This document shows positions 50,720 through 62,384 of a stretch of 64,000 nt of DNA, one piece after another. The stretch lies in contig NC_092372.1 of assembly GCF_030028105.1 (NCBI RefSeq), positions 101,436,687 to 101,500,686 of the forward strand, given 5' to 3'. The translations under genes were made by a program, and so were the position numbers. Under the pieces are notes generated by a model that saw nothing but the letters and a program-made list of their open reading frames with translations, ran no database searches and was not told the DNA's origin. The stretch comes from Mobula birostris (taxonomy: Eukaryota). Position 1 is the stretch's first letter; every line of letters begins with the position of its first letter.

Positions 50720-50860
50720 AATGTCAACCCGAGGTAACTTGAAAAATACATACCAAAGAGAGCAACAGAGGTAGCTTTGTCAACATTGTTAATTACTCAT
50801 TAACCTTGCTGTGCATAAATTGGTTCAATGTATATGTCTATAATGACATAGTGAGTGAGT
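50720..50860 (+). repeat. Possible ancient DeuSINE-like remnant
   Basis: CTTGCTGTGCATAAATTGG resembles the AmnSINE/SacSINE 3' region; short and degenerate. Confidence 0.25.
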
Positions 50861-53800
50861 TTTATTTTCAGCAGTGACAGGAGGTTGCGTTTGTGTGTTT
50901 CACCTCATGGGTTTTACCTTTTCACCCACGTTGTACAAATGGAAAGCAATTTCTGCTGGGGTTGGGGGGTGGGAGGTCTAGTGGGTAACTGATAAATGAC
51001 TACCAAGCTAAGAAGCGTTTTGGAATGTCTTGAGCAGAGAAGTGCAATGATGTCAGTGCAAATCCTTCTTTAAAGCAGACAACACCACAACTAGCAATTG
51101 GCAAATAACCACTGCTCAGCAAGTCTCATCTTAATTTTGCATGTTAGATTGTCAGCAGTTAATTAATGGGGAATACGGATCAGAAACAGTAAGGATAAAA
51201 GAGTGACCCAGAGAATGGGGTTGTTTTGGCAATAGTGATATGATGGTCAGGATTTTATTGCATTCAATCAGTAAGCTGTCAGTCACAAATATTTCACTTC
51301 TCATATGCCTTTCCTTCTATCTTTTACATTAACTACCAAACATTTTGAAGTGTAACTATTTACAAAACATTGCACTTGTCTATCAGATTTAGCTATTGTG
51401 ACCATGTGGCATAATTTAATCCTATATTATCTGCCAATTAGAGTGCAAGTAAAAGCTGTCTACTTTTCATCAGTGTAATTGCACTTATTCATGTGATAAA
51501 ATTATATATTGTGGTCATCTAACAAACAGCAAACTGGCAGAACTTATACCATTAACAAGTCTAATACCTCGTAGAACAGATAGGTTGTTGTCTACTAATA
51601 ACCTGATGGATGTAAACAGAAATTATAAGTAATTACCTTTCACAAACCTAAATATCTCATGTCATTAATGTGCATTTTTTCCACCTCATTAGAGATGCAG
51701 CTATAGTAGGTTATGTCAGGAAAAGTAATCAATTAAAATTTCAGCAGCTTGATATGCTGGAACACAAAAGCAAAGGTTGTAGTTGAATTATTTTTTAGGC
51801 CACATCTGTCTCTGGATCAGTTTCAGGAAGCAACACTTGATTTTCTCTAATTAACTGTAAGTTTTTAGTTTGTTTTTTTTGTAATGTAAATGGCCATCGC
51901 AATCAGGTTGCTCCACTGAAATGTGCATCGTGGGGTGAAATAAGCAAGATGTTAACTAATTTTTTTTAATCTCTCTCCACTGCTGAGCATGTCACTCAGG
52001 CATCACATCTTCTGAAATTTCCTCGCCTTGTTCATGGAAACATATTGGAGCAGTGTTTGCCAGCTGTCGGCTTCCTGTGCCTTCTGCTGCCATTATCCTG
52101 AGGCACCACCCCACCTTCTGGCCTGCCAGGCTGCAAAGAGATCATAGCAAAGGGGAGGGAAGAAAGAGAGTGCCTCTTTGTAGATCAGGCTGTCTTCCCA
52201 TGATCTGTAAGCATTCATGAATGAGCCTGTTTGCCTTAAAGCTCAGTGGTGCAAAGAGAAAAGAATAATTCCAAAGTCTTGTGCCTAGTTCTCCTGTGAA
52301 GTGCTAATGTTCAGTGCTAATGAGTCGATGAAGCAAACTGTTCTCCTTTATTATGTAATTAGGTAATTTTTCCTCTTCTTAAAGTTCATTACAAGTAACC
52401 CATAACTTTAATCCAGGACATCACTGTTGATCACAGTTAAACAAATATCTGTTAGTTGATTTTTACACTGACTCAGTTACGACCAAAGGAATCATTTTTC
52501 TAGCTCTAATTATGAATACTTACAGGTATAGGCTTCTTAATAATAATCTGCAAAAAAAATTTGATTGTTTGAGATTCACTTTAATGTAACAGTGCTGGTT
52601 GAGAGATAAGATTGTCACCAAAACTTTGAGCACTTTTAAGTGAGAGATCTGGAACCATCTTGAGTAGAGTGTCTCATGGTTATGGAGTTCAGACTGGCCA
52701 CAACATGCTGGAGCCTGCTACAACACACCTTGTTCAAAGTATTCAAGCAATCCAGAGCCATCTACAGGGACATAATTAATATTCTTTATTATGTCTTTAA
52801 TCCTAAGAGACAGTCATACTCATGCTTCTGTTCCTCATATGTAAAATATAATATTTATATCAAGCTCTACTTTTCTGCCTAAACATTCACCCACCGAGCA
52901 TCCTAAAGAATGACATGAGAAGATTATATTTTTGGTAAGCTGGCAAGGAGCTTTACTATCAACAGTATATGGGTAGGAATGTTGGCACAATGTTCTGTCC
53001 ATTATGGCTGAGGAATCTTGGGGAATACTGATATGTACTCCAAGCATTTAGGCTCCCTGGTGGCAGAAAGGCCTTAAGAAATCGGTTGTGTTATTACTGA
53101 CAACCATACTATTTATAATAAGCAGCATCACAGAGAAAATTAAAAGCAAATTGAGAAAATGACCTTGGTCTCAGACCATGTCAGTGGTGTATTTGTCCTC
53201 AGAATTATCTATTTCCAGCATTAATAATTTTGTAAACTGCACATTAAAATATATTGCATTTTTATTAAGTGGTTTCCCAGTGGAAAGAATCAAAAATCAA
53301 GCAGCCTGCTAGGAAAAAGATCCTGCTTTACAGCTGATTGCTTCATCATATCTACAATGTCTGAAATTAATGAACAAGCACAACCTCGTGTACAAATGGG
53401 TGAGTTTATTATTAGCTTCTTTATTTATGCTAAAATTAATACAAAAAAAGTCTAATTAACAGCACTAACAACAGCAGTTTCTCCTCACTGGTGCTCATTT
53501 ATTATATCCTTTGCCTAATTTTACCTGCAGAGCTTTCCCAGAGATTCAGTAGGTCTTCTGCCTGTGTATGGATGGGAATTAAGGGAGCCACAGGGATTCA
53601 GTCACACTACAGTTACAGGAGACAGGGAGAAGGCCAACAGCAGTTCCAGCCTAAGTAATTCCTTTCATAGCTTATGTTGCCAATCAATTCCTTAATCTAT
53701 GGCTTTCCAATTGCAAGTAATTTTATCTGCATTAGTCAGTCCAATGAAGAGTATCAAAATAACAATCATTTATTGACAATTTACTTCAACTATTTTGCTG

Positions 53801-55115
53801 CCTCACTGATTTCCTGTTGTCTCAGTTCTGCCACACACAACTCATTATTGATTTCCCATAGTAACTCCAATAATTGCATTTTCCGCAACATCTAAAGTAA
53901 ACATAAAGTCTGAGCAGTATACCAAATTTCTTACAATTCCTCAGAATTGAAAGCAAATAATTAATTTAGTGATGATTAAATTATTGTTCATTAGTTTTCT
54001 TTCCAATGTCTTTGAATAGCAAATTTATAACTCCTGTGAAAGTTACTATTATATTGTCAATAAAGAGATTAGTATCTTCATTTGTGCTTCTATAAGCATT
54101 GGAGAGAAGCTAGAGTGCTTATGGAATTTAATCTCAGAAATAAGATTGTGTTTTTATTTATACCTATACAATAATTTAAATGCATTTTGATTTATTTAAT
54201 TATATCTCTTCAGCACTCAAGGCCTATGAAAGTATCAGTTTGGCGTTTTAGCTATAAGCTGCTTTGAAGTGGGAATAGATTTTTAATTGGTTACAGAAGG
54301 TTCACTATGCTCCAACTGACAATACTTTTCTGTGACAAGTGAGCTGTTTAGTTAAGGACATTTTTCATCAACTGCAAATTGGCAAAAAAAAAGGAAAGGA
54401 AGAAAATCGTAAGGAGATGAGAACATTTGAGATTCTAAGAACAGCTGGGTTTCACAGTGCAATAGGTGACACTTAAATCTGCCAAAACTGTTAGTGGGTC
54501 AGAAACATAATATAACACGCCAACTATACAATTGAACCTCGGCACATCAAACAGAAATAGAGAACCCTCTGTAGGAATCAAACAAAATTACAGGATTGAA
54601 TCAGACCATATCCATGACGGTCAAAAATGAGCATCTTGTGCTCATCCCATGACTCAGTGTATCAGTCTTCAGTGCAGTAGATTAGCACACCAAATGTACT
54701 CTCCAACTGAAATGAAAGTGTCTACTTCCATCATCCTTCCTGCTCATCTCTTTACCCAGGGCCTTAACTCTCTGCCACCCTCCCCCCGCCCCATGACTTC
54801 TTGCCCATTCAATGTTTCAGCATCTTTTAAGCTTCCGTAAACTTCCTTCATTTCAAGGTGGACTTCCTGAGTCTGAACAACTCTTCCTTATAGATAAGAT
54901 TTTGGGTCTTACATTCACTATATTTCTCTTCTGTATCTCCCCGTTCTCACATTCTATGCCTGCATATAAAGGAGATCTATGTTAATTACTTATTAAGAGT
55001 TTCATTCACTGCAATTTTAGAATTGAACAAGAGACTATACATTTCCCAAATTCTCCGAAACTTCCCAGCGAAACTCTGGTGAGAGTTAGACTGAGGATGA
55101 AACAATGCAGTTTAG

Positions 55116-55478
55116 CAAGCACAGTGGTTAGCATAAGATTTTACAGTCCAACGACCCGGGTTCAATTCCCGCCACTGTCTGAAATGAGTTGTGTGTTCTC
55201 TCTATGAAATGTGTGGGTTTTCTCCAGGTGCTCTGATTTCCACCCATGTACTGGTTAGTAGTTTAATTTGTCATTGTAAATTGTCCCGTGATTAGGCTAG
55301 GGTTAAATTGGGAGTTGTCAGGGTTTGCTGGGGGGCTCGATTCAAAGGGATGGAAGGGCCTTTTACATACCGTATTTCTAAATAAATAAAATAAATTAGA
55401 CTTGGATTAAATCAGGGGTTTCTGGGCAGCATGGCTTTAAGAGCCGGAAGGGCCTATTCCGCAATGTATCTCTGAATA
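55116..55478 (+). mobile_element. V-SINE (55116-55395) plus a second 5'-truncated tail (about 55400-55478)
   Basis: GGGTTCAATTCCCGCC B box; GTGGGTTTTCTCCAGGTGCTCTGATTTCC; two GAAGGGCC..TATCTC/TATTTC tails. Confidence 0.85.
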
Positions 55479-57026
55479 ACTTTCCGGTATGAGACTACAC
55501 CAAAAGAGTTGCTTTTATTCATCCCTCAGCAAAACAAGATAATCATGTTGAATGGTCGATGCTAATTTTGTTTGACAGTGATCAAATAATGCTTCCAAAG
55601 CAAAATCTGACACATAAAAACTCTGGTTTATCCTGAGAACTCACCCTGATCTTCTATCACTTGTAGATCTACCAGAACTGCTATCAAACTTCCTCCATGA
55701 ATTCCATTTACAATATCCTCACTGATCTGATTTGACGTAAATGACACACTTCACTGTACATGTGACAAATGAAGCTGATCTTTAATTTTTATCTTTACAG
55801 TGGTAGGATATTTCTGAGGAAATCTTGTGGCATTGATACCAGAGACTGGAAATGTTTGCTTGGCTGGGAATTGGAAGGAGGGCCGTGGTGCTGGGCTGGG
55901 GAGGGAAGGGAAGGGAGGGTTGTTAGTTAGAAACCCAGGAAGGGTTTTTGAACACAACTGTTTTATTCAGATTTAATTGACACTATCTGCTAACGGCTGT
56001 CAAAGTGCTCAAAAGACACCCAAGGATTGCTCAGCTTTTGGAAGCAAGCTATTCAGGCAAACACCATTTACCTTGACTATGGGGGCTCCCTTCTACCAGG
56101 GCTGATTCCACCCATACTCAGAGGGTACTCAAACTTGGTACTCCAGCTGGATCCCTACAGCTGCCCAAGGAAATAGACTGCACTCCGATGGCCATCAAGA
56201 CACCTCCAAAGCAGCCAGGAAGAATTTCACTTTATCGGCATCCAACTGATCTAAACAAAAGAAATATACTTCATTGAGTCTGTGCAAGACATCGAGACAG
56301 CTGCCCTGATTCCTTCATTCCAAGGCAACCAGCCCTTTTCTAACTTTCTCAGACCTCAGGTAGCTGAGGAGAATGTCTGGCGGAGATAGGGGTTTCCACC
56401 TCTTGAGCCAGTGAGAATGCCAACAAGCAAATCACGGCAACACTCCAACTGAAGTCACCCCCTGCTGATAAAGAGTGCCGAGGTGTGGTTGCCTGTGCTG
56501 GTAGAGAGAGACCCTGGCTGTGATGCTCTGAGCATGGACCCTCTTTCGACATTGCCCTTGTCGCACATCTTGCTGAATGAGTGAAAGCCCAGAGGGTGAC
56601 TGAAAACATGAATTAGAGCTTTGAAGGTAGAAATATTTGAGGTTTACTTGCACATACGATCACTTTACACCCATTCCTGATTTTCAGTCCAGTGTTAAAT
56701 TCAAAATGACTTGATAGGATGCAATTCTGTCACCAGGAAGCTATGAGGCCCACATCCCCCATGGTTACTGGGCCATCCTCACAGCAGAAGTCAACTATTT
56801 ACTGGCTGGAGAGCCACCTGTGGAACTACCCTGCACCCTGAGAGTGTCTGTTAGTCCCTTGCTTCTCCGTGGTGCTTTGTGTTCTCTTCGTTTTAGTGAA
56901 AGAAAGGAGAAAACCAAACCAATCATGAAACAGCATCAAGAAAACTAAGAGGCTTACTCCTTTTCCAGAATTTGAGGCATAAGCTGCAAGAGAGTATCAA
57001 TATTATAGCCAGTGGATGCCTTGTGT

Positions 57027-57333
57027 TGGCACATGGTCAAGTGGTTAAGGCGTCAGTCTAGTGATCTGACGGTCACTAGTTCGAGCCTCAGCTGAGGCAG
57101 CGTGTTGTGTCCTTGAGCAAGACACTTAACCACACATTGCTCTGCGACGACACTGGTGCCAAGCTGTATCGGCCCTAGTGCCCTTCCCTTGGACAATATC
57201 GGTGCGTGGAGAGGGGAGATTTGCAGCATGGGCAACTGCTGATCTTCCATACTACCTTGTCCAGGCCTGTGCCCAGGAAACCTTCCAAGGTGCAAATCCA
57301 TAGTCTCATGAGACTAACGGATGCCTAAAAAAA
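57027..57333 (+). mobile_element. tRNA-derived CORE-type SINE
   Basis: Same family as 13015-13325; A box TGGTCAAGTGG, B box AGTTCGAGCC; ends GACTAACGGATGCCT-A7; probable TSD GTGGATGC (57012-57019, 57335-57342). Confidence 0.88.
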
Positions 57334-58734
57334 GGTGGATGCTTCATTTTTCCGACCCTGAAGCAAACAAGGAGGTGCTGTAGCAAGCAACATCGCAGTT
57401 ACAGCAGTGGGTCTATTTTAAAACAAAATGCAGACGTGTGAAATTTCACCATGTTCAGATACTGTTATTTTGCACGGTCCAATTCAGAAATACTTTGCAA
57501 ACTGAGTAATAAACCCAGTGCAAATAAAACAACTATTAAAAAATGATCTTAGACTAATATAGCAGTAGACTGAGGCATGCTGATCTGCACTCATAATGCA
57601 AATTCAGCAGAATGGATCAGGCTTGCACAGCACATCCTCATTAGGATATTGGTTAGCCTCATTTTGCTGCTGTCAAAGATGATCTTTGTTACTTTATTCC
57701 AATCAAGCCTCAAGAAAGAATTCATAAAGTGGAATCCCTGAAGGATTTGTGTTCCTGTGCCACTTCCAAAATCATCCCTATTGACAACATAGTGGGAATG
57801 ATAAGGCCGAAAGAAATAACTGTAAAAATTAAGTAATGCAACTATTATCGATATATAAGTTATATATATCAAATGTTATCACTGTGTGTAGAATACTATT
57901 GACATGCTCATTAATGATGTTAAACTTGCCAACAGTGAGTCATCACCCCTCAGGCTTGAGTTCACTCATTTCCTGCTTTGAGTTTTGCTCTTTGTTGCCT
58001 TTCTTGGTCTTTATTTTAAAGTTGAAAATAGTTTAACAAATCCAACTGTTCTGTGGAAGCCAGGTTGGTTCACAAATTGCAACCAATTGTAGAGCGACTT
58101 CTGTATTTTTCACTATTTTTAAACAACATTTTCAAGATATTCAAGATTTTACTGATGTGTTACTTCCATTTCAGAAGTGACACACTGAGAAGAAGATGCC
58201 AGCATTACACTGGCTATCATATAAGGTGAGTCTAGATGAGGGAGGGAGAAATAAATGCCAGTGTCAATAGGGTAATATGAGCTTCATGATCTTAAGACTC
58301 CTCAAATCACTTTGCATCCAATTTAAGGCTGTAATTTCTTGAAAAATATTATGTTTTAATTATATTGATTACAGCATACGTTTGGTGGGGTTAATTTTAC
58401 TAGTCTTCAAAAGAAGAGTAATGGGGTCTCCAGGGGCTACTGAGAAGATCTTGTTTTATCTGAAAAAGTGAAGAAAACAACAATGCATTCAATCACTATT
58501 GCATAAAGGTATCACCCAGGATTTCTGGCTCAGATATCTGGCTTTTCAACAAATACCCTTCTGACTTGGAATGGGACTGTACCAGCTGAGGACTGGCTGA
58601 CAGCTGATAGGTGAATAGAAAAAGCAGCCAATTGGAAAATATTTTAGGAAGTTAACCTCTGAGATAAGGGAGACAAAACTGAAGAAAAGATTCAAAATTG
58701 TCTTGAAAACTGGCGAACATTGACTGAATCAAGG

Positions 58735-58845
58735 ATAAAACAAAAACAGAGAATTCTCATAATATTCAACAGGTCAACCACATCTGTGGGAAGGGAAGCA
58801 GAGTTAACGATTCAGATTGGAGACCCTTTGTCAGAACTGAAAAAA
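58735..58845 (-). mobile_element. Penelope terminal-repeat relic with decayed hammerhead
   Basis: Reverse strand CAGTT-CTGACAA-AGGGTCTCCAATCT-GAATCGTT-AACTCTG..CCCACAGATG. Confidence 0.65.
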
Positions 58846-58855
58846 CCAAGAGACA

Positions 58856-58913
58856 GAAAGGAAAAGGAAAAGGAAAAAGAAAAGGAAAAAGAAATGAAAA
58901 GGAAAAGAAAAAA
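58856..58913 (+). repeat. (GAAAAG)n-like purine microsatellite
   Basis: Direct reading. Confidence 0.9.
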
Positions 58914-58919
58914 GTAGTA

Positions 58920-59240
58920 GTCATGGAGTCAATAGCATAGAAACTGGCCCCTCAGCCCAATTGGTCATGCCAAACAAGATTCCCACCTAAGCAGGTCCAA
59001 TTTGCCCACATTTGGCCTATATCCATCTATGTATTTCCTATTCATGTACAGTACCTGTCCAAGTGCCTTTTAAATGTTGTTAATGTACCCACCTCTACCT
59101 CCTCCTCTGGCAATGACCTGTCTGATGAAGGCCAGAGTGAAAAAGAAACTCATTGTCTACCTGCAAAGCCTCTTTCAGGGAACTCCTAGGTCCCTTTGTT
59201 CTACAACATTCCCCAGGGTCACAATTAGGTTTGAAGTGAG
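58920..59240 (-). mobile_element. CR1 3' fragments
   Basis: AGCATAGAAACTGGCCCCTCAGCCC..TACCTGTCCAAGTGCCTTTTAAATG..CCTCTGGCA; GGAACTCCTAGGTCCCTTTGTTC. Confidence 0.7.
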
Positions 59241-59329
59241 CCTGGAAGCAACATCACTTGTTGGCCCAAAGTTAGGTCAGGTTTGTTACATTCAAATGTT
59301 GAAACTTCTTTCAGACTTTTAAAAGATAG

Positions 59330-61300
59330 ACTTCTTGGAAAACACAGTTGTTATTCACAAATTAAAAGGCCGTTTGCTAGAGTTGGCAATTCTGAAGTGT
59401 TGATCACAGATAATTGGCCAAGTTCTCTGAAAAATCTTGGCCAATTCTCAAATTGGTGATGTTCTCAAACATTTGGCAGTTTGGGCACCAGACAATATCA
59501 TTTCACTTCCCAAAGAGTATTGGAAAGGTAGAAGATACTGTAAATGTTGTGAAGAAGCTACAGAAGAAGACTAAAATCATCACAGTCAGATCCCTACTTG
59601 AGCATATCATACTTAGGTAGTTTCAGAACAATTATGCTTTCATCTCTCGTGATCAGATTATCAAGAATGCCCAGTTCCTCTTTCACATGTTAACATGGCC
59701 CAGCTTTGTGCCATGTTCTTTTATACCCTGTCTAAATCAGTCATTTGATGTTACATTATTTTTGAATTTATTGGTAGCTTTTACAATAGCCTGTGGCAGT
59801 GACTGAGAGATTGGAATCTGTGCCTTGCCATGTTGATTAGCTCAAGCGTCCAAAACGTCCACGAAACAAACTTGGGCATGTGTGTTGGCAAATCATCGTC
59901 CAGAGGGTCCCTAATCCTATCATCCACACCTTCACAAGCATTCCCTGCAACCTCCCTGTTTTCTGTGGAGGGTCTTAATCAAAATGATCTTGAGAAACAT
60001 ATGCTAATGATGTATACATACCATCTTCTATATATGTAGTAATTCTGTCCCGTCCAAAGGTCATAACAAGTAGCTCCTCCTCGCTTGCTGAGGCACTCAC
60101 TTGTAGTGTCAGCTCTGTTTTATCATCAAGATACAGCAGAGCTGTTTCTGCAGTGACTGTTTTCCTTAATTTATTTGACTATTTGCTCTTGAGTATCCAA
60201 CATAGTTCTACTTCCTCCAAGTGGGTCACACATCGCACTCAGACAGAAACTTGCTCTGGTGGTTGACAAACCTAAGAATCCGGAGCAATTCTGTTACTGC
60301 ATTGAGTTTCACTAGATACAACTTTCAGGAAATCTCTGGAGATTGTGTTGAAATTTCTTTGCTTGTTTAACTTCAGTTATTTCTCCTTGTATCTTTCTTT
60401 TGAGGCAAGCAATTTTCATTCATGACTAGTTTTGCCTCTTCTGCTGTTGCTCTTTCTCCAATGACTGATCTATAATCAGTTACAAAGGTACCTTCAAGTG
60501 AAGCATCAAATGTCACTCAAATCCCTCTGTTACCCTGTTGATTCCAGATTGCATTCAATGATATCCAGTGAACAGTGCCTGGAAAGATAAACAGGAGCTT
60601 TCCTTGTTTAGCTCCACATACCGTTTTTGTATCCAGCACCAAATTACCCTTCTTATTTTTTATAGAGTAGTAACTTCTCTTAAGAGCACCATGAAAAATT
60701 CTTAGGCAAATCTTCAACTAACCAAATGATCTCTCAACACACAAAAAGTGGGCATATACTTTGAGCTATTATCCCTGCTTTAGTCAGTTTCTTCAACAGA
60801 ACTTTAAATTTGTTATCAATTATCACTAGAACATGCCTTATTACTTCCTCTCATATGGGACAAAGTTGTGTTTTCCTTCTAGTTTCTCTGTTCAATGAAA
60901 AAATACACAAATCCATCTGTGACTTGCACTGTTAACGTAATTTCTTCTTTTGAAACAGTCTTTGTGATCTCGCTTGATGTATCTTTATTAGTCCCTACTT
61001 GTTGCACTGGCTCCTTCCAGATATAGGTGTCAATCCTTCTGGTCTGCATTATAGATGCACATGAAATGCACATCATAGATCTCTTGTCTCTTTCAGTTCA
61101 TAACTATCAGAGAGCACCTCACAGGGAGTTCAGAGTGACCCTGTTGAATATCAATAACACACACCTTGCTAGTTTTAATTACCGCATGATCATTGGCTTG
61201 TCTCAAGACAGTATTCCACATTGCTCTAAGGTGAAGCTGAAATGTCATTGGCTGTTCTTGCAGATATATATAGTGGGTGTCCCTTTCACAATATGACCTT
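59330..61300 (-). mobile_element. Very old Ty3/Gypsy (Mag-like) pol relic; no LTRs seen
   Basis: Collinear on the minus strand: KICL..ALKRSYY..VLDTK (RT), LRILRFVNH..LSAMCDPL, KLRKTVTAETALLYLDDKTELTLQVSAS (RNase H), KEELGILDNLITRDESIIV (pre-integrase). Confidence 0.7.
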
Positions 61301-62384
61301 TTTGGAAATATTTATGTTACATTTCTAATCCTGCCTCTGTGGCAGCATGTCTCACTTCATCCATCATAGATTCTTGGTGTTTTCTTCATTATGCACTGTA
61401 GAAATTATTTTCCAGGCTCCATTGTCAACACTTTTACCCACAGTGCCTCTTTTCCATATTACCACTGATAATACCAGCGCAGTTTGAGCCACAGTGGAAG
61501 TTGCAGCAAGGCAAGAATTAAGGTAATGTTAGGCAAGGGTAATTTACTGATAGTGTGCAGTCAACCCAGGAAAGAGAGACCTTTGCAGAAAGGTCTTTGA
61601 GGAGCATAGCTTCCCTTAGCACAGCAGTAGATTGGAGCCATTTCCCATACTGAGTCAAGATAAGGGTATATGTAATCAAAGGAGGCAAGGCACACACACC
61701 AGCTAGGACACTTACTTTAGTAACTTTGAAGTATCATCTATTATTAACTTGCAGTTTTGATAAATTTTTAACAGCTGCATTGTGAATGGTGATTGTTCAT
61801 GCAAATAAGGTATATGAAAATACACAGTCTACCAAACGATCAATATCGATAATTGCTAATCAATTCTGTATAAAAATGGCATTTCTTTGTTCGGACTTCA
61901 GAACTGCTTGGTGACAGGATCTATGCTGTTTTCCTTGTGCACATGCGACTGAGGAACGAGTGAGGGTTTTCAGGCTCAAGTTGATCAGCGAAGGCACCAC
62001 CCTTGCTGTATTTTCCCTGTTTTTGGATAACTTCGCAGCCTTGCATTTCCATAGTCATATTTCTTATGTTAATTCTGTCATACAGTAGCCTTTCTTTCAG
62101 AGTGGGTTCCTAGAATCCACAAGTAATTCAATCACTGACGAGTGAGTTTTTCAAATTGGCTATATAGTAATTGTAAACCGATTGAAATTTATTGAGAAAG
62201 TATCAGTGGATCCTCCCTGCACCTGGTTACAAAAAAAGCACTGGTTACAGCCAACAGTGTTACTTCTAGTTGTGTTGTGATGCATGCACCCAATACATTC
62301 ACCAGGGCTTCATTTGTGGCTTTTGTGGATTGAAATAATTTCTTCTCTTACAGCAATGAGATATATTAGCAACTGTTGTCTGTT

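Noticed and set aside
58720-58917. KEKEKE-rich ORF
   Set aside because: Translation of a purine microsatellite plus a Penelope relic.
60100-60145. YLDD on the minus strand as an RT catalytic motif
   Set aside because: The context (TVTAETALLYLDDKTELTLQVSAS) matches the start of Gypsy RNase H, not the RT active site.
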